A stretch of 40,995 nt of DNA from positions 1 to 40,995 of the IMG/VR virus record IMGVR_UViG_3300042923_000914, one strand, 5' to 3'. Below, piece by piece: positions 9,530 to 19,600 of this stretch (position 1 is its first letter; the number at the start of each line of letters is the position of its first letter). Both the position numbers and the translations under genes were made by a program. Source of the DNA: a virus (lineage: Duplodnaviria; Caudoviricetes). Under the pieces are notes generated by a model, which saw only the letters and a program-made list of their open reading frames with translations, was not told the DNA's origin and made no database searches.

Positions 9530-9698
9530 AATAATAAACCGGTGTGTTACATATAGGACATTTAGGTTTGTGACATAAAATCCAATAGATTAAGGCTGGA
9601 AACCCTAAAAACCATATGAGAATGAAAAAAATTAACCAACTCATTTTTTTAGGTGTAACCTTTCTTTGACAACAGTGGCAATAAGCTAAATTATGCAT
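9528..9698 (-). CDS. 56-aa zinc-ribbon membrane protein (LITAF-like architecture), not in the ORF track
   Basis: MHNLAYCHCCQRKVTPKKMSWLIFFILIWFLGFPALIYWILCHKPKCPICNTPVYY; AGGGGG RBS; TGtTACAAT promoter at 9727-9735. Confidence 0.8.
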   Translation of the reverse strand: MHNLAYCHCCQRKVTPKKMSWLIFFILIWFLGFPALIYWILCHKPKCPICNTPVYY

Positions 9699-9751
9699 AA
9701 TATTAACCCCCTAATATAATACCTATATTGTAACATGAAAATATTTATTTG

Positions 9752-10174
9752 TTAAGCTGGATTTGTAACATCTATATCACTTGTTAATGCAATAGCTGTT
9801 GTAAATGTTAATACTGCATTAACTTCAGCTGCTGCCATTCTAACGCTAGGCTGTCCGCTAAATTCATGAGCTGTTAAATCAGGATATTCTATTTTAAAAT
9901 CACATGTTAATTCTGCATCTTGTGCAGCTTTTAAAACCCTGTAATTAGATGTAGTAGTTGAATTATCATATAAGAATGTAAATTCTAAATCACCATTATC
10001 CAATAATCCATTTATATAAGTCTTGCTTGATTTATCTAAAGTAGTAGTTTCTAATTTATCTGGTGTTCCTCCAAGTTCTGGTACTCCTTGTAATCCTTCT
10101 AATTCTGTAAATGTTGAAGCTGGTGGAACTTTTATTGACAGCTTAGTCCCTTTACTTAATAATCCATCTGCCAT
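9752..10174 (-). CDS. Major tail (tube) protein
   Basis: VPELGGTPDKLETTTL..YINGLLD motif; synteny. Confidence 0.88.
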   Translation of the reverse strand: MADGLLSKGTKLSIKVPPASTFTELEGLQGVPELGGTPDKLETTTLDKSSKTYINGLLDNGDLEFTFLYDNSTTTSNYRVLKAAQDAELTCDFKIEYPDLTAHEFSGQPSVRMAAAEVNAVLTFTTAIALTSDIDVTNPA

Positions 10175-10188
10175 TTATATTCACTCCT

Positions 10189-10548
10189 TTATTGAAATAC
10201 TAAATTATTTCTTTTATCTATTTTCCCACTATAACGCAATGTATAGTGTTTTATATCTATATCAGGAACTTCAGTTCCATAAATCCTTCTAAACCCCATT
10301 TCATTTATTTTCTGATCTACAATCAATCTCAAATTATACATATCTGGAATAGTTTTAGTCCATATATCTATAGTGAAACCATAATCAGTAACAACTTCTA
10401 TTCCTTCTGATAGTTTATCAGGAATATTATTAGATTCAGTCAATGAAATACTAGGTAAATTAATAAAATTAGGAGGATAAGAATAATACGTCTTAGCTTG
10501 TGTTATAGTGTCTAATTTAGCCTTTATTTCTCCAATAGCATTATACAT
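10189..10548 (-). CDS. Tail terminator / completion protein
   Basis: Synteny; TIDIW..MGFRR pattern. Confidence 0.75.
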   Translation of the reverse strand: MYNAIGEIKAKLDTITQAKTYYSYPPNFINLPSISLTESNNIPDKLSEGIEVVTDYGFTIDIWTKTIPDMYNLRLIVDQKINEMGFRRIYGTEVPDIDIKHYTLRYSGKIDKRNNLVFQ

Positions 10549-10549
10549 A

Positions 10550-11086
10550 TTACTTACCTCCTAAAGCCTTTATAGCATCTTTTAAACCTTTTTTAATGCT
10601 TAATTTTATTATTTTTTCATTATTCTTTAACGCTGGATAAAGATATGGTTGAGCTGCTTGACCTCTCGAATAATAAAAGTCCATGCCTTTAATAGTTATT
10701 TTAGTAAATTTATATTTTTCAGCATCTTTAGGATCTATTTTATCCGCTGGTATGTACCAACCATCAGCCTTATATGTTATTTGAGCTCTTATTTCTGCTG
10801 GTAATATACCAGAATTTTCTTGACCCTTAGGACCAGTCCCAAATTCAACATAAGCAGCATGATTATTGTTAGTATAAACTCTACCTATTATCTTTCCATT
10901 ATCTTCAGTTACTTCAGTATTAATACTATTTCTTAACTCTCCATAATTAACAGGGCATAACCCCTTAGCTTCTCCACTAACTCTTTTTGTTTCTTTACCT
11001 ATTAAGTTCTTCATTATAGAATTACTATTTCCACCTAATTCTTCTATCTTTTTTAAAAGGCTATCCATACCTTTTATACTAGACAT
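10550..11086 (-). CDS. HK97 gp10-like neck protein
   Basis: CPVNYGELRNSI, YVEFGTG and QPYLYPA motifs. Confidence 0.88.
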   Translation of the reverse strand: MSSIKGMDSLLKKIEELGGNSNSIMKNLIGKETKRVSGEAKGLCPVNYGELRNSINTEVTEDNGKIIGRVYTNNNHAAYVEFGTGPKGQENSGILPAEIRAQITYKADGWYIPADKIDPKDAEKYKFTKITIKGMDFYYSRGQAAQPYLYPALKNNEKIIKLSIKKGLKDAIKALGGK

Positions 11087-11409
11087 TTTTCAATCACCAC
11101 AAATTTATGTTGATTCCAAATCCTAACTGAAATAACTTTATAGTTAGGTTCTTCAGTAGCTTCTATATCTAAACACACACCATCAGATTCCTTTATAATG
11201 CTTTCTAAGGGACATAATACATTAAACATATTATTTATCCTTTCGCCGTATAATTCGCGCTCTAATTGACCACTAGATGGTTGTAAATTAGCTTTAATAG
11301 TTTGATAGGTTTCTGAATAACCTTCTTCTTCTGAACCGTAGACAGGATCAACTATATTTTCTCTCTCTTTAACATAAATAGCTTTTAAAGTTCTATGATT
11401 TAATCTCAT
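11074..11409 (-). CDS. Head closure / stopper protein
   Basis: Synteny in neck module. Confidence 0.7.
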   Translation of the reverse strand: MRLNHRTLKAIYVKERENIVDPVYGSEEEGYSETYQTIKANLQPSSGQLERELYGERINNMFNVLCPLESIIKESDGVCLDIEATEEPNYKVISVRIWNQHKFVVIEKCLV

Positions 11410-11711
11410 GGTCTTGGTAACCTTCTATATTTTCTTATTTTCTTTAAGACAGGTTCCGGAAGGTCTTTTTCAAATGATCTACTTATTCCACCTTCACCAC
11501 GAGATGATTCTCCCTCATTTCCTATTTTGTTATAAGAGAGTATTACAATATCTTCCTGAGTGGATTCTAATTGAGCTGGTAAAGTTTCTTGATTAGTTAA
11601 ATCTAAAAGAGTTTGTTCGGCATCTTCTAAGAGAATATTTAAAAGAGTATCTTGAGTAGTATCATTTATTCCTAATTTTACTTTTAATCTTTCTAGCGAC
11701 AAATAAATCAC
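11406..11711 (-). CDS. Head-tail connector protein
   Basis: YNKIGNEGESSRGEGGISRSF motif. Confidence 0.85.
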   Translation of the reverse strand: MIYLSLERLKVKLGINDTTQDTLLNILLEDAEQTLLDLTNQETLPAQLESTQEDIVILSYNKIGNEGESSRGEGGISRSFEKDLPEPVLKKIRKYRRLPRP

Positions 11712-11730
11712 CCCTTTTTAAAAGGGTAGC

Positions 11731-11859
11731 TTATTCGCCACCCTTTGGTTTCTTCTTTTCAACTTTTTCAACCTTTTTATAACCATCAGCTTCATAAATC
11801 TTAAGCTCTTTTTCATCTATAGTTAATTGAACATTAAACTTTTGAACTAATATTTCCAT
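11731..11859 (-). CDS. 42-aa small protein after capsid gene, not in the ORF track
   Basis: GGAGGT RBS; MEILVQKFNVQLTIDEKELKIYEADGYKKVEK... Confidence 0.7.
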   Translation of the reverse strand: MEILVQKFNVQLTIDEKELKIYEADGYKKVEKVEKKKPKGGE

Positions 11860-11870
11860 CTAAATACCTC

Positions 11871-12794
11871 CTAAGATACAGCTGTAGTGTCCAAATCAAC
11901 ATAAACTGAATCTATTTCTCCATCTAGTCCATTAGGGAATATGAAAGTATCCCAGAATGATCTATTTTGGTATAACCATCCGTCACCCTTAGTGTGAACA
12001 CCAGGAGCAAATGAATATATAGAAGCTATCTTTGGAACTGTTTTAACTGTTAGTGGAGAACAAACAAGTGCATTAATTTTATAAGCACCAGTTGCAGGAA
12101 CAAAACCAGTTGTAAAGTTAAATGCTGAATAGAATCTTTCATCATCTATTACTTCGATTATAGCTACTCCATCTATAGATGTTATTCTTGTTTCTAATCC
12201 CATTCCACCAGGAGCAACTTGTGTCATTTCTATTTTTCTTGTGAAATCTGAAGAACGTTCTAAAAGATCCATTACAAAACTTCTAACATACATTATTAAT
12301 GCACCTTGTGCTTTATATCTCTTAAGCTTTCCAGCTGCAATAAATCCTTTTAACTTTTCATATACATTATCTACAGTGTAAGAAGCTTCAGCAGTAGAAG
12401 TATGATACCCTGTTAATCCAGCAGCAGTAGTCGCAACTTTAGAGAAGAAATAAGCATCTATTTCTGGATTTGCGTGTGTCTTTTGGAATACAGTAGTTAT
12501 GTTTTGGATAGAAGCTGTAGCATTAGTTTCATCAACATCCGCTTTATCTACCAAAAACTCAACGTCTCTATCATGAGCTACAGTATAAGGAACATCAGTT
12601 TGAGTATAAGTACCTGCATTCCATCCGCCACTTCTTGAATGATTTTTATATCCGGAAGTACTCATTTGAGTAAAGTGGAATGTTTTAGCATTAAGCCAGT
12701 TTACATTAGTAGTTATAAAAGGACTTGTTAAAGTGTCCTGTAACATTATTTCAAGTAATTGTGGTTGCCATTTTTCAGCGTAATTTAAAGCCAT
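11871..12794 (-). CDS. Major capsid protein
   Basis: Follows scaffold; MALNYAEKW, HDRDVEFLVDKADVDET and GDGWLYQNR motifs. Confidence 0.9.
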   Translation of the reverse strand: MALNYAEKWQPQLLEIMLQDTLTSPFITTNVNWLNAKTFHFTQMSTSGYKNHSRSGGWNAGTYTQTDVPYTVAHDRDVEFLVDKADVDETNATASIQNITTVFQKTHANPEIDAYFFSKVATTAAGLTGYHTSTAEASYTVDNVYEKLKGFIAAGKLKRYKAQGALIMYVRSFVMDLLERSSDFTRKIEMTQVAPGGMGLETRITSIDGVAIIEVIDDERFYSAFNFTTGFVPATGAYKINALVCSPLTVKTVPKIASIYSFAPGVHTKGDGWLYQNRSFWDTFIFPNGLDGEIDSVYVDLDTTAVS

Positions 12795-12820
12795 TATTAA
12801 TCACCTTTCCTTTTTAAAAA

Positions 12821-13414
12821 TTAAATTCCATGGTTAAATCTATTCCATGGCTGTACTTTTGCATCTTGAGTTGACCCTTGCCAAGCTCCTTCTCCTGCTT
12901 GTGGTTTTGCACCACCATTATTAGCAGGGCTTCTACCAGCTAAAGGTTGTTCAAATAAATCTTTATAACCTTCCCTTAGAGAAGTTAATTGATCGTCTAA
13001 TCCTTCAATAGAACCATCTTCTTTTAATTGAAGCTTTTCTCTATCAAACTTTGACATAAGTAAATCTTCATATTTAGCCTTAGATTCTTTTAATTTTAGC
13101 TTTATAGCATTATCTAAAGTTAAATTCTTTATCTTTGATTCAGATTCAGTTTTCAAATTAGCTATATCTGTTTCATACTGCTTTATCTTAGCTTGTAAAT
13201 CCTCAGAACCTTTATTAGATTTCTTTAAATCCTCTAAAGTAGCACTAGCTGTTGTTAACTGTCCTTCTAAATCTTCTTTTTGTTGTTTAAGTTTAGAGTA
13301 TCTTTCCTCTATCCTTTCTTCCCTTGTAATAAATAGCTTATCTTCTTTCATTCCTGAGAGTATTTTTGTAATATCTTCATCAGAAATTCCTAGTTTTTTT
13401 AATAATTCTTCCAT
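12821..13414 (-). CDS. Capsid scaffolding protein (GP20-like)
   Basis: Acidic coiled coil; GLDDQL..L..YKDLF motif. Confidence 0.85.
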   Translation of the reverse strand: MEELLKKLGISDEDITKILSGMKEDKLFITREERIEERYSKLKQQKEDLEGQLTTASATLEDLKKSNKGSEDLQAKIKQYETDIANLKTESESKIKNLTLDNAIKLKLKESKAKYEDLLMSKFDREKLQLKEDGSIEGLDDQLTSLREGYKDLFEQPLAGRSPANNGGAKPQAGEGAWQGSTQDAKVQPWNRFNHGI

Positions 13415-13506
13415 TTCTACCTCCTAATACGCTTTTTACGAGTGTTGCTCTCACTTAGGTTTGTATTTTTATTCTTTTACGCCTGTAAATTAACTAAAAA
13501 AGGCAA

Positions 13507-13532
13507 TAAAAAAAGACTTATTTCTAAGCCTA
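13507..13532 (-). terminator. Terminator upstream of scaffold leader
   Basis: AGGCTTA-GAAA-TAAGTCT-TTTTTT. Confidence 0.7.
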
Positions 13533-13534
13533 GA

Positions 13535-13861
13535 TTACTTTTTGATTGATTTATAAAGATTGTTATAAGCTATTGTTAATTCCACAAAAGCTATATTGTG
13601 TTCCATTGGATGACCTAATTCATCTTTGAATCTACATTTAATTGCTTGTTTAACAAAATCAGAATGTTTGTCTATCATTTCATTAAATAATTCCGTACTT
13701 TTGTTTGCTCTATCAACCCTTTCTCTACATTCATATATAGTTTTCTCACAAATTTCAGTAAATTCTTTGCATTGGTTATCTAAATCTTTTATTTTGGTGA
13801 ATAAAACTACTGTATAACCTAACCAAACACCAAATACAAAGGTTATTATATATAACATCAC
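13535..13861 (-). CDS. Hypothetical protein with N-terminal TM
   Basis: Hydrophobic N-terminus; coupled to upstream gene. Confidence 0.7.
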   Translation of the reverse strand: MMLYIITFVFGVWLGYTVVLFTKIKDLDNQCKEFTEICEKTIYECRERVDRANKSTELFNEMIDKHSDFVKQAIKCRFKDELGHPMEHNIAFVELTIAYNNLYKSIKK

Positions 13862-14901
13862 TCAACCTCCACATATTCTTTATACCACTCACTATATGTC
13901 ATAGAAGCAGGAACTAAATAATTCTTTCCTGTCTCTGGATTTCTTGCACGTCTTTGTATTCCCTTTAATGCATCTTCACCCAGATAAGCTCTTGTTGTGC
14001 TTCTACAATTAGGATGTAAGCTTGGCATGTTTTCTCCTGGAACTGCATCTTTAACATTATAAACTTTACCATCATGTTCTCTGCATACATCTGAGGTTCT
14101 TGTATCTAATGTAGCAACATAAATGTACTTATCTATTCCTGTTTCTTTATAAGATTGCATTTCTCCTTGATTAGCAAAATAAGTAGCTTCTGTTCTTATT
14201 AATCTCATTGAGTTATTTTTACCAAACATGTTTAATTCATCTATATCTTTTGACATATCTCTGTATGATCTTCCACTAATAAATCCACTTGTTATAACTT
14301 CATTAAGTTTCTCAGCCAATATAGTAGTATTATTCCATATCCTAGAACTAAACTGTTTACCACTCCATGGATTCTTTAATATCTCTTCTATTACTTTATT
14401 AGGCATTTGTGCGATATTAAACCCAAGCCCTAATCCTTTTTGTATATCAAAAGTATTCGAGTAATAAGATTTATTGAGAATATCTATATATGTTTTAGAA
14501 CTCTCAGAAACTTCTATAGGAGCTATTTCTTTTATTCTAATATAAATACTCTCCTTTAGTGCTTCAAGCCTTGTTAATCGTGCGCTATATGCATTAGAAT
14601 TAAGTCTAGCAAGTAAATACTTCTTAGTATCTTCATCTTTAATAGTTGCTATCATTCTTCTAAGCTCGTCCATTTCTTTAGTGGTTATTCTAGTATTTAA
14701 TAACTGTTTTACTTCACTAGGTGTCAATCCACTATCTAAGCTAAACTTTTCTATCATAGTCTTAACGTCACTATCTATATCTCTAATAGCCTTATCATAA
14801 GCTTTTTGTATTGTGTAGATAGTTTTATCAGCATCTCTATGGTATTGTTCCATACGAGCTTCTGAACGTTTCTCCCAATACTCATTATTGCGCTTATTCA
14901 T
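13858..14901 (-). CDS. Minor capsid protein (SPP1 gp7 / Mu F family)
   Basis: RLIRTE, ATLDTRTSDVC and HPNCRS motifs. Confidence 0.92.
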   Translation of the reverse strand: MNKRNNEYWEKRSEARMEQYHRDADKTIYTIQKAYDKAIRDIDSDVKTMIEKFSLDSGLTPSEVKQLLNTRITTKEMDELRRMIATIKDEDTKKYLLARLNSNAYSARLTRLEALKESIYIRIKEIAPIEVSESSKTYIDILNKSYYSNTFDIQKGLGLGFNIAQMPNKVIEEILKNPWSGKQFSSRIWNNTTILAEKLNEVITSGFISGRSYRDMSKDIDELNMFGKNNSMRLIRTEATYFANQGEMQSYKETGIDKYIYVATLDTRTSDVCREHDGKVYNVKDAVPGENMPSLHPNCRSTTRAYLGEDALKGIQRRARNPETGKNYLVPASMTYSEWYKEYVEVE

Positions 14902-14908
14902 ATATTAC

Positions 14909-16342
14909 CTACACTTGATTATTGAGATTGTTTGAAATAGGATAGTCGTTATAGGCATTAAACATATTCTTTTGTTCTTCTACCTTCTTTTTCTGTTGTT
15001 CTGCCAAACGTTTCATTTCTTCATCCTTATCTTTTACCCATGGATGATTAGCTACAATAGTTTCATCTGAGATAACATCCTTTGAAGCTACGCAATTATT
15101 AATTGTTTCTGTTTCATTTATTTGAATATCTCTATTAAAGATTATGGATACATCTTCTATAGTTCCTTGACTATTTTCAGCTAGATATACATTTACAAAG
15201 TATAAAAGATTCTCAAACGCCATTCTAAACTCTGTTTCTAACTTATTACACTTTAAATCTAATCCACTATATAGAAATTTAAGAGCTACACCAGAAGGAG
15301 CAGAACCAAACTTATCTAAGTCCTTATTTACACCTTGTCCAAACTCATTTATATCTCTTTTAAGCTGTTCAAAATGTTCTTTAGCTGCTGTTATATCCAT
15401 AGTAGGGTTTAATGTATCAACACCACCCTCTTTATCATCTATAGATATAGCTCCGTAGTATTTTAAATCATCTATAAACTCTTTTAAATCCTGTCCACCA
15501 TAGCCTTTTAATACATATATAAGGTTACGTAAATCCTCTATGAAATTTCCTACATCCGATCTTGACTTATCATAATTATCTATAAGTGATTTAATAAATC
15601 TTACATCAGGAAACTCAATAGGATTATTCTTAAAACATACAAAAGGAACTTTGCCCCATGATTTATTCTCATCACCTTTTTTATAATGTGCTACTGGTCC
15701 ACCTTCTTCATTGACATCTATATCATATATAAGACTTCTACCATTATATGTATAGTATCTAACTTCATCAGGTGTATAATATTCAACTTTAGTTTCTTCT
15801 TTAAGTCTTATTCCTTCGTATACTTGAACTACATAAACTCTAATCATTGCACTTAACTCTGTATGAGAATTATCTGTCCATACTGGTATACATTGTTCTG
15901 AAGGTATTACAAGAGTATTAAACTTACCTTCTTCATTTATATAAGGATGTAACCACGCTTTACCTTTGTTAGAAGCCTGTACACCTAATCTATTTAATGT
16001 ATATTGAAAGTTCTTTCCTAAAGCATCTTTAACCTTATTTATAGCTCCTTCTTCACCTTCAAAAGTGTATTCATTGCCTAATAAATAAGCTACCTTTTCA
16101 TCTATTAAATTAGTCATATATGCATGAGCTAACTTATTATTAGCTTTAGTAGTATCTAAGATCTCGCCTTCTGAAGTATTCCTCATAAATATTCTATCTT
16201 TTATATCATTTTCTACTTCGTAATAGTTTTGACCTATTATCATCCATTGTCTTTCTTCTGAACTGTTAAATTCTTGTATCTCTAAGTCTATTATTTGTTC
16301 ATCAGTTGCAACGTTATTATTAAATCTAAAAGGATTAAACAT
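14909..16342 (-). CDS. Portal protein (SPP1 gp6-like)
   Basis: WGKVPFV and SGVALKFLYSGLDLK motifs; synteny. Confidence 0.92.
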   Translation of the reverse strand: MFNPFRFNNNVATDEQIIDLEIQEFNSSEERQWMIIGQNYYEVENDIKDRIFMRNTSEGEILDTTKANNKLAHAYMTNLIDEKVAYLLGNEYTFEGEEGAINKVKDALGKNFQYTLNRLGVQASNKGKAWLHPYINEEGKFNTLVIPSEQCIPVWTDNSHTELSAMIRVYVVQVYEGIRLKEETKVEYYTPDEVRYYTYNGRSLIYDIDVNEEGGPVAHYKKGDENKSWGKVPFVCFKNNPIEFPDVRFIKSLIDNYDKSRSDVGNFIEDLRNLIYVLKGYGGQDLKEFIDDLKYYGAISIDDKEGGVDTLNPTMDITAAKEHFEQLKRDINEFGQGVNKDLDKFGSAPSGVALKFLYSGLDLKCNKLETEFRMAFENLLYFVNVYLAENSQGTIEDVSIIFNRDIQINETETINNCVASKDVISDETIVANHPWVKDKDEEMKRLAEQQKKKVEEQKNMFNAYNDYPISNNLNNQV

Positions 16343-16353
16343 TCTATCCCTCC

Positions 16354-17769
16354 TTACTTAAGTACTCTTAAACTATTTGTCTTACTTGCCTTTTCAGCTA
16401 CGCCAGTTGTAGCATCCGGAGCATCATCATGTTTATTTTTACCTTCTCTTTGGTACTTGTACATAGCATTATAATACTCTGGCCATTTATCACGCCAATT
16501 AGAAGGATAATATATATGATCTGTTACCCATGTTGAATTGGATAATATTCTTGCTATCTTATTTTGACTTTGGTGGAACCATTTTACCCTTGTCTTATTA
16601 CTTCTATATTTGTCTCTTAATATTCTCTCAACACTTCGAGCAAACCCACGGCCACCATTATTACTTTCTATATCTGCAATATTTACTTCAAGTTCATACA
16701 GCCTTTTAGCTACTTCTTTTTCAGTTATTTCCATAGCATCTTTAGTATAATAAATATCCAATATGTAAGCTTCGCTATTATAAACTCCATATACTATGTT
16801 ACATAAATAGTCGCTACCTTCATCTGCTGTATCACAATAACTCTTAATAGAAGTAAATAAAGCATTACCATTATTATCTTTTGGGATTTGGTTATATGTT
16901 TTAAATGAATTATATAAACACCCTTTTAAATCTATAGGTATTTGCTGATAATTAGCGGATGCTATATCTTCCCCCATAGCTGTTATTTTCTCTTGATATG
17001 ACTGTTTAGATAAAACTTCATCACATAACATAGTTCCATCATCTTGAAGAGCCTTCATACTAACATGTCTTATCTTAATATCTTGGGATTTATAATGTTC
17101 TAATGCTCTACCAGCTAAATCATCACTGGCCCATCTAGTCATTATAATTATTATCTTCCCACCTTCTTCAAGTCTTGAAAGCATTGTATTAGTAAACCAG
17201 TCCCAATGTTTTTCTTTTACATTTTCGTTATAAGCTTCTTCGGCATTCTTTATTAAATCATCTATTATTAGAAGGGAAGCTCCAAACCCTGTTGCTGTAC
17301 CAGTAGGAGAAGTAGCCAAGTAGTTATTATATCCACCTTCTAAGCTCCATAGATTCATAGCCCCATCACCGCGTTTTATAGATACTCCTGGGAACACATC
17401 ACTATATACTATTTTATATTTATCTGCTTTTTCTTCTTGGATAGAGTTCCTAACATTCTTAGAGAACATCGTTGATAGGGTTTCATTGTATGATCCTGTC
17501 ATTATCTTTTCATTTTGATTCTTTCCTAAAACCCATTCAACAAAAGCTCCTGCCGTTCTACTCTTACCATGTCGTGGTGGTTCATTTATTATTAACACCT
17601 TATCATCTGATTCGTAGAAGTCTTGAAACTCTCTACATAAACCAATTAAGTATTTTCTATTAGCCTTATAAAAGTCAGGTGCTTTTAAATTGCAATAAAA
17701 AAAGAAATCACGTCTTGCAAGTTCTGTCTTTGCCCCTAAAGCTATTAACTTTTTATCCATTTTCATCAC
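16354..17769 (-). CDS. terL: Terminase large subunit
   Basis: Walker A PPRHGKS, Walker B LLIIDD, IMTRW, nuclease HDDAPD. Confidence 0.95.
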   Translation of the reverse strand: MMKMDKKLIALGAKTELARRDFFFYCNLKAPDFYKANRKYLIGLCREFQDFYESDDKVLIINEPPRHGKSRTAGAFVEWVLGKNQNEKIMTGSYNETLSTMFSKNVRNSIQEEKADKYKIVYSDVFPGVSIKRGDGAMNLWSLEGGYNNYLATSPTGTATGFGASLLIIDDLIKNAEEAYNENVKEKHWDWFTNTMLSRLEEGGKIIIIMTRWASDDLAGRALEHYKSQDIKIRHVSMKALQDDGTMLCDEVLSKQSYQEKITAMGEDIASANYQQIPIDLKGCLYNSFKTYNQIPKDNNGNALFTSIKSYCDTADEGSDYLCNIVYGVYNSEAYILDIYYTKDAMEITEKEVAKRLYELEVNIADIESNNGGRGFARSVERILRDKYRSNKTRVKWFHQSQNKIARILSNSTWVTDHIYYPSNWRDKWPEYYNAMYKYQREGKNKHDDAPDATTGVAEKASKTNSLRVLK

Positions 17770-18268
17770 TCAATTTAGCCAGATTCTTCAATTCTTCATC
17801 AGACAAACTTTTAAAAGGATTATTAATATTCATTTCCCCACTATGGTTAAGCTCTTGTTTGTCTCTCCATGCTAATGGCTTTCTATTCTTCAGCCAAAAG
17901 ATTTGAGCAGTAGTATCTGGTACAATGTATATTTCTTCATCTACAAGCTCAATAGTTTCAGTTTCTCTTTCTCTTTTCCCATTATTATAAATAACATCTT
18001 TCACCTTAATACCTTTTTTAACTGTTTCTTTAAATCCTAAAGCCTTTTTTAATAATGCATTTTCTACTTCAAAGTCTATTACCTCTTTCCCTTTTTTTAA
18101 TGCGTCAGAAAAGTCTTGATGTTCTTTTTTATATCTATAAAAAGTATCTTTACTTATTCCTAAGTTTTTTCCAATTTGTTCATCAGTGAGCCCATTTCTT
18201 GCCCATCCTTCAATCAAAACAAGCTTTTCTTTAACATCATTCCATTTAGATTTTGCCAATAAGCTCAC
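17753..18268 (-). CDS. terS: Terminase small subunit
   Basis: IEGWARNGLTDEQI HTH and AQIFWLKNRKP motif; directly upstream of terL. Confidence 0.85.
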   Translation of the reverse strand: MSLLAKSKWNDVKEKLVLIEGWARNGLTDEQIGKNLGISKDTFYRYKKEHQDFSDALKKGKEVIDFEVENALLKKALGFKETVKKGIKVKDVIYNNGKRERETETIELVDEEIYIVPDTTAQIFWLKNRKPLAWRDKQELNHSGEMNINNPFKSLSDEELKNLAKLSDENG

Positions 18269-18348
18269 CTCCTTAATAATTATTCACTCTATTTTTATAT
18301 AACCTCAGTATTTTTGTAAGTTTATTCATAAGTTGTTAACAGTATTCA

Positions 18349-18597
18349 CTACTTATTCATGTTTTTTCTCGGTAACGGGAATACTATTTCAACTTCTTTC
18401 GATTCTTCTTCTCTTTGCAAGTCTTCTTTATACTCTATCTTTCTTAAATATATATAGATTAGTGCTAATAAACTGCATATAGCTTTGAAATAATCATCTT
18501 TCCATAATAAAAATACTGCTGCTGCAAAAGACAAGGTTTCTACTGTCTCATATATAGTAACTAAATACTTTCTTAAAAACTCTTTTACTTTTAACAT
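18349..18597 (-). CDS. Small two-TM membrane protein
   Basis: GGAGG RBS; two hydrophobic stretches. Confidence 0.7.
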   Translation of the reverse strand: MLKVKEFLRKYLVTIYETVETLSFAAAVFLLWKDDYFKAICSLLALIYIYLRKIEYKEDLQREEESKEVEIVFPLPRKNMNK

Positions 18598-18611
18598 ACT
18601 ATCCCTCCTAA

Positions 18612-18640
18612 ATAAAAAAGATGTGATATTATCACACCCT
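18612..18640 (-). terminator. Terminator after rha-like gene
   Basis: GGTGTGAT-aat-ATCACATC-TTTTTT. Confidence 0.7.
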
Positions 18641-19340
18641 AACTAATCAATTTTCTTTCTGGCAAATACATTAATTCAATCATCAAATTACACTTGCCCT
18701 TGCATATTTGATATATGTCTTTATAGTAAGTCCCTTTATTCACTTCCTGGGCTATAACATTCTCTATTAAGTTCTCTAGGTTAAATATTACATCTAAAGT
18801 TCTTTGAGTAGCCTTTTCACGACTATTAGAAGGTATTCCTACACAGCTATTAACTAACTTACTATAAGTCATATATAGCTTCCCTGCATTCTTACTTCCT
18901 TGTAATAACGCTAAAGGTATTAACTTATTCATAATTACATCTGTTTCATTTCTTCTTGCTAATTTACCTTTAATTCTAGTTTCTTGCCACTCACTAGATA
19001 TTCTTTCTCTTATAAATGATTCCATAGAGTTAAAGGCTTCAATGTATTTTACTTTCCAATCCAATGCTTTCTTCCCATTGAACCCCATAACTAATATCGA
19101 GAAACCATCTCTTGTTAAAAGATATTCTTTGTACTCATTTCCTCTATGTTTATACATGGAATCAATAAAGTATTTTAACCCTTCATTTTTGAGGGGTTCA
19201 CTTTTAAGAAGATTTTCTATATCTCTTACTACATTGAAATGTTCTTTATCAAATTTTTCAGCTATGATCCTGCTGCTTACTAACACTTTTTCTTCTTTAG
19301 TCGTTAAACCTAAGTTAATTAAACTATTCATTTTTAGCAC
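18639..19340 (-). CDS. Rha family phage regulatory protein
   Basis: SSRIIAEKFDKEHFNVVRDIE and TRDGFSILVMGFNGKKALDWKVKYIEAFNSME motifs. Confidence 0.9.
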   Translation of the reverse strand: MLKMNSLINLGLTTKEEKVLVSSRIIAEKFDKEHFNVVRDIENLLKSEPLKNEGLKYFIDSMYKHRGNEYKEYLLTRDGFSILVMGFNGKKALDWKVKYIEAFNSMESFIRERISSEWQETRIKGKLARRNETDVIMNKLIPLALLQGSKNAGKLYMTYSKLVNSCVGIPSNSREKATQRTLDVIFNLENLIENVIAQEVNKGTYYKDIYQICKGKCNLMIELMYLPERKLIS

Positions 19341-19404
19341 CTATCCTTTCTATTTCTTTTTGTGGATAGGACTTATTGCTGTCTCACGACATGAGCCTAA
19401 ATAT

Positions 19405-19430
19405 AAAAAAGAAGCCTATTTCTAGACTTC
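19405..19430 (-). terminator. Terminator closing the non-coding hairpin array
   Basis: AGAAGTCTA-GAAA-TAGGCTTCT-TTTTT. Confidence 0.75.
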
Positions 19431-19600
19431 TGATTTTTTATATATAGAAGCACTTCAGTATCTAAACTAAAGTGCTTCTATATATAAAAATCTTATGGAG
19501 GATTGATGATATTTTATTAAAACATGAGAAGCAACACTCTTGCCCTAATATTACTTCTCATGTTGGGTGAGGAGGATAATACTATGTCCAATAAAAGGGA

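Noticed and set aside
18278-18362. DnaA-box-like TTATTCAC/TTATTCAT cluster upstream of terS
   Set aside because: All copies mismatch the consensus in very AT-rich DNA, so chance cannot be excluded.
19497-19507. Array segment targeting the phage gene at 21044-21409 (shared GGAGGATTGAT)
   Set aside because: Only 11 nt and mostly the generic SD, so too weak to call a target.
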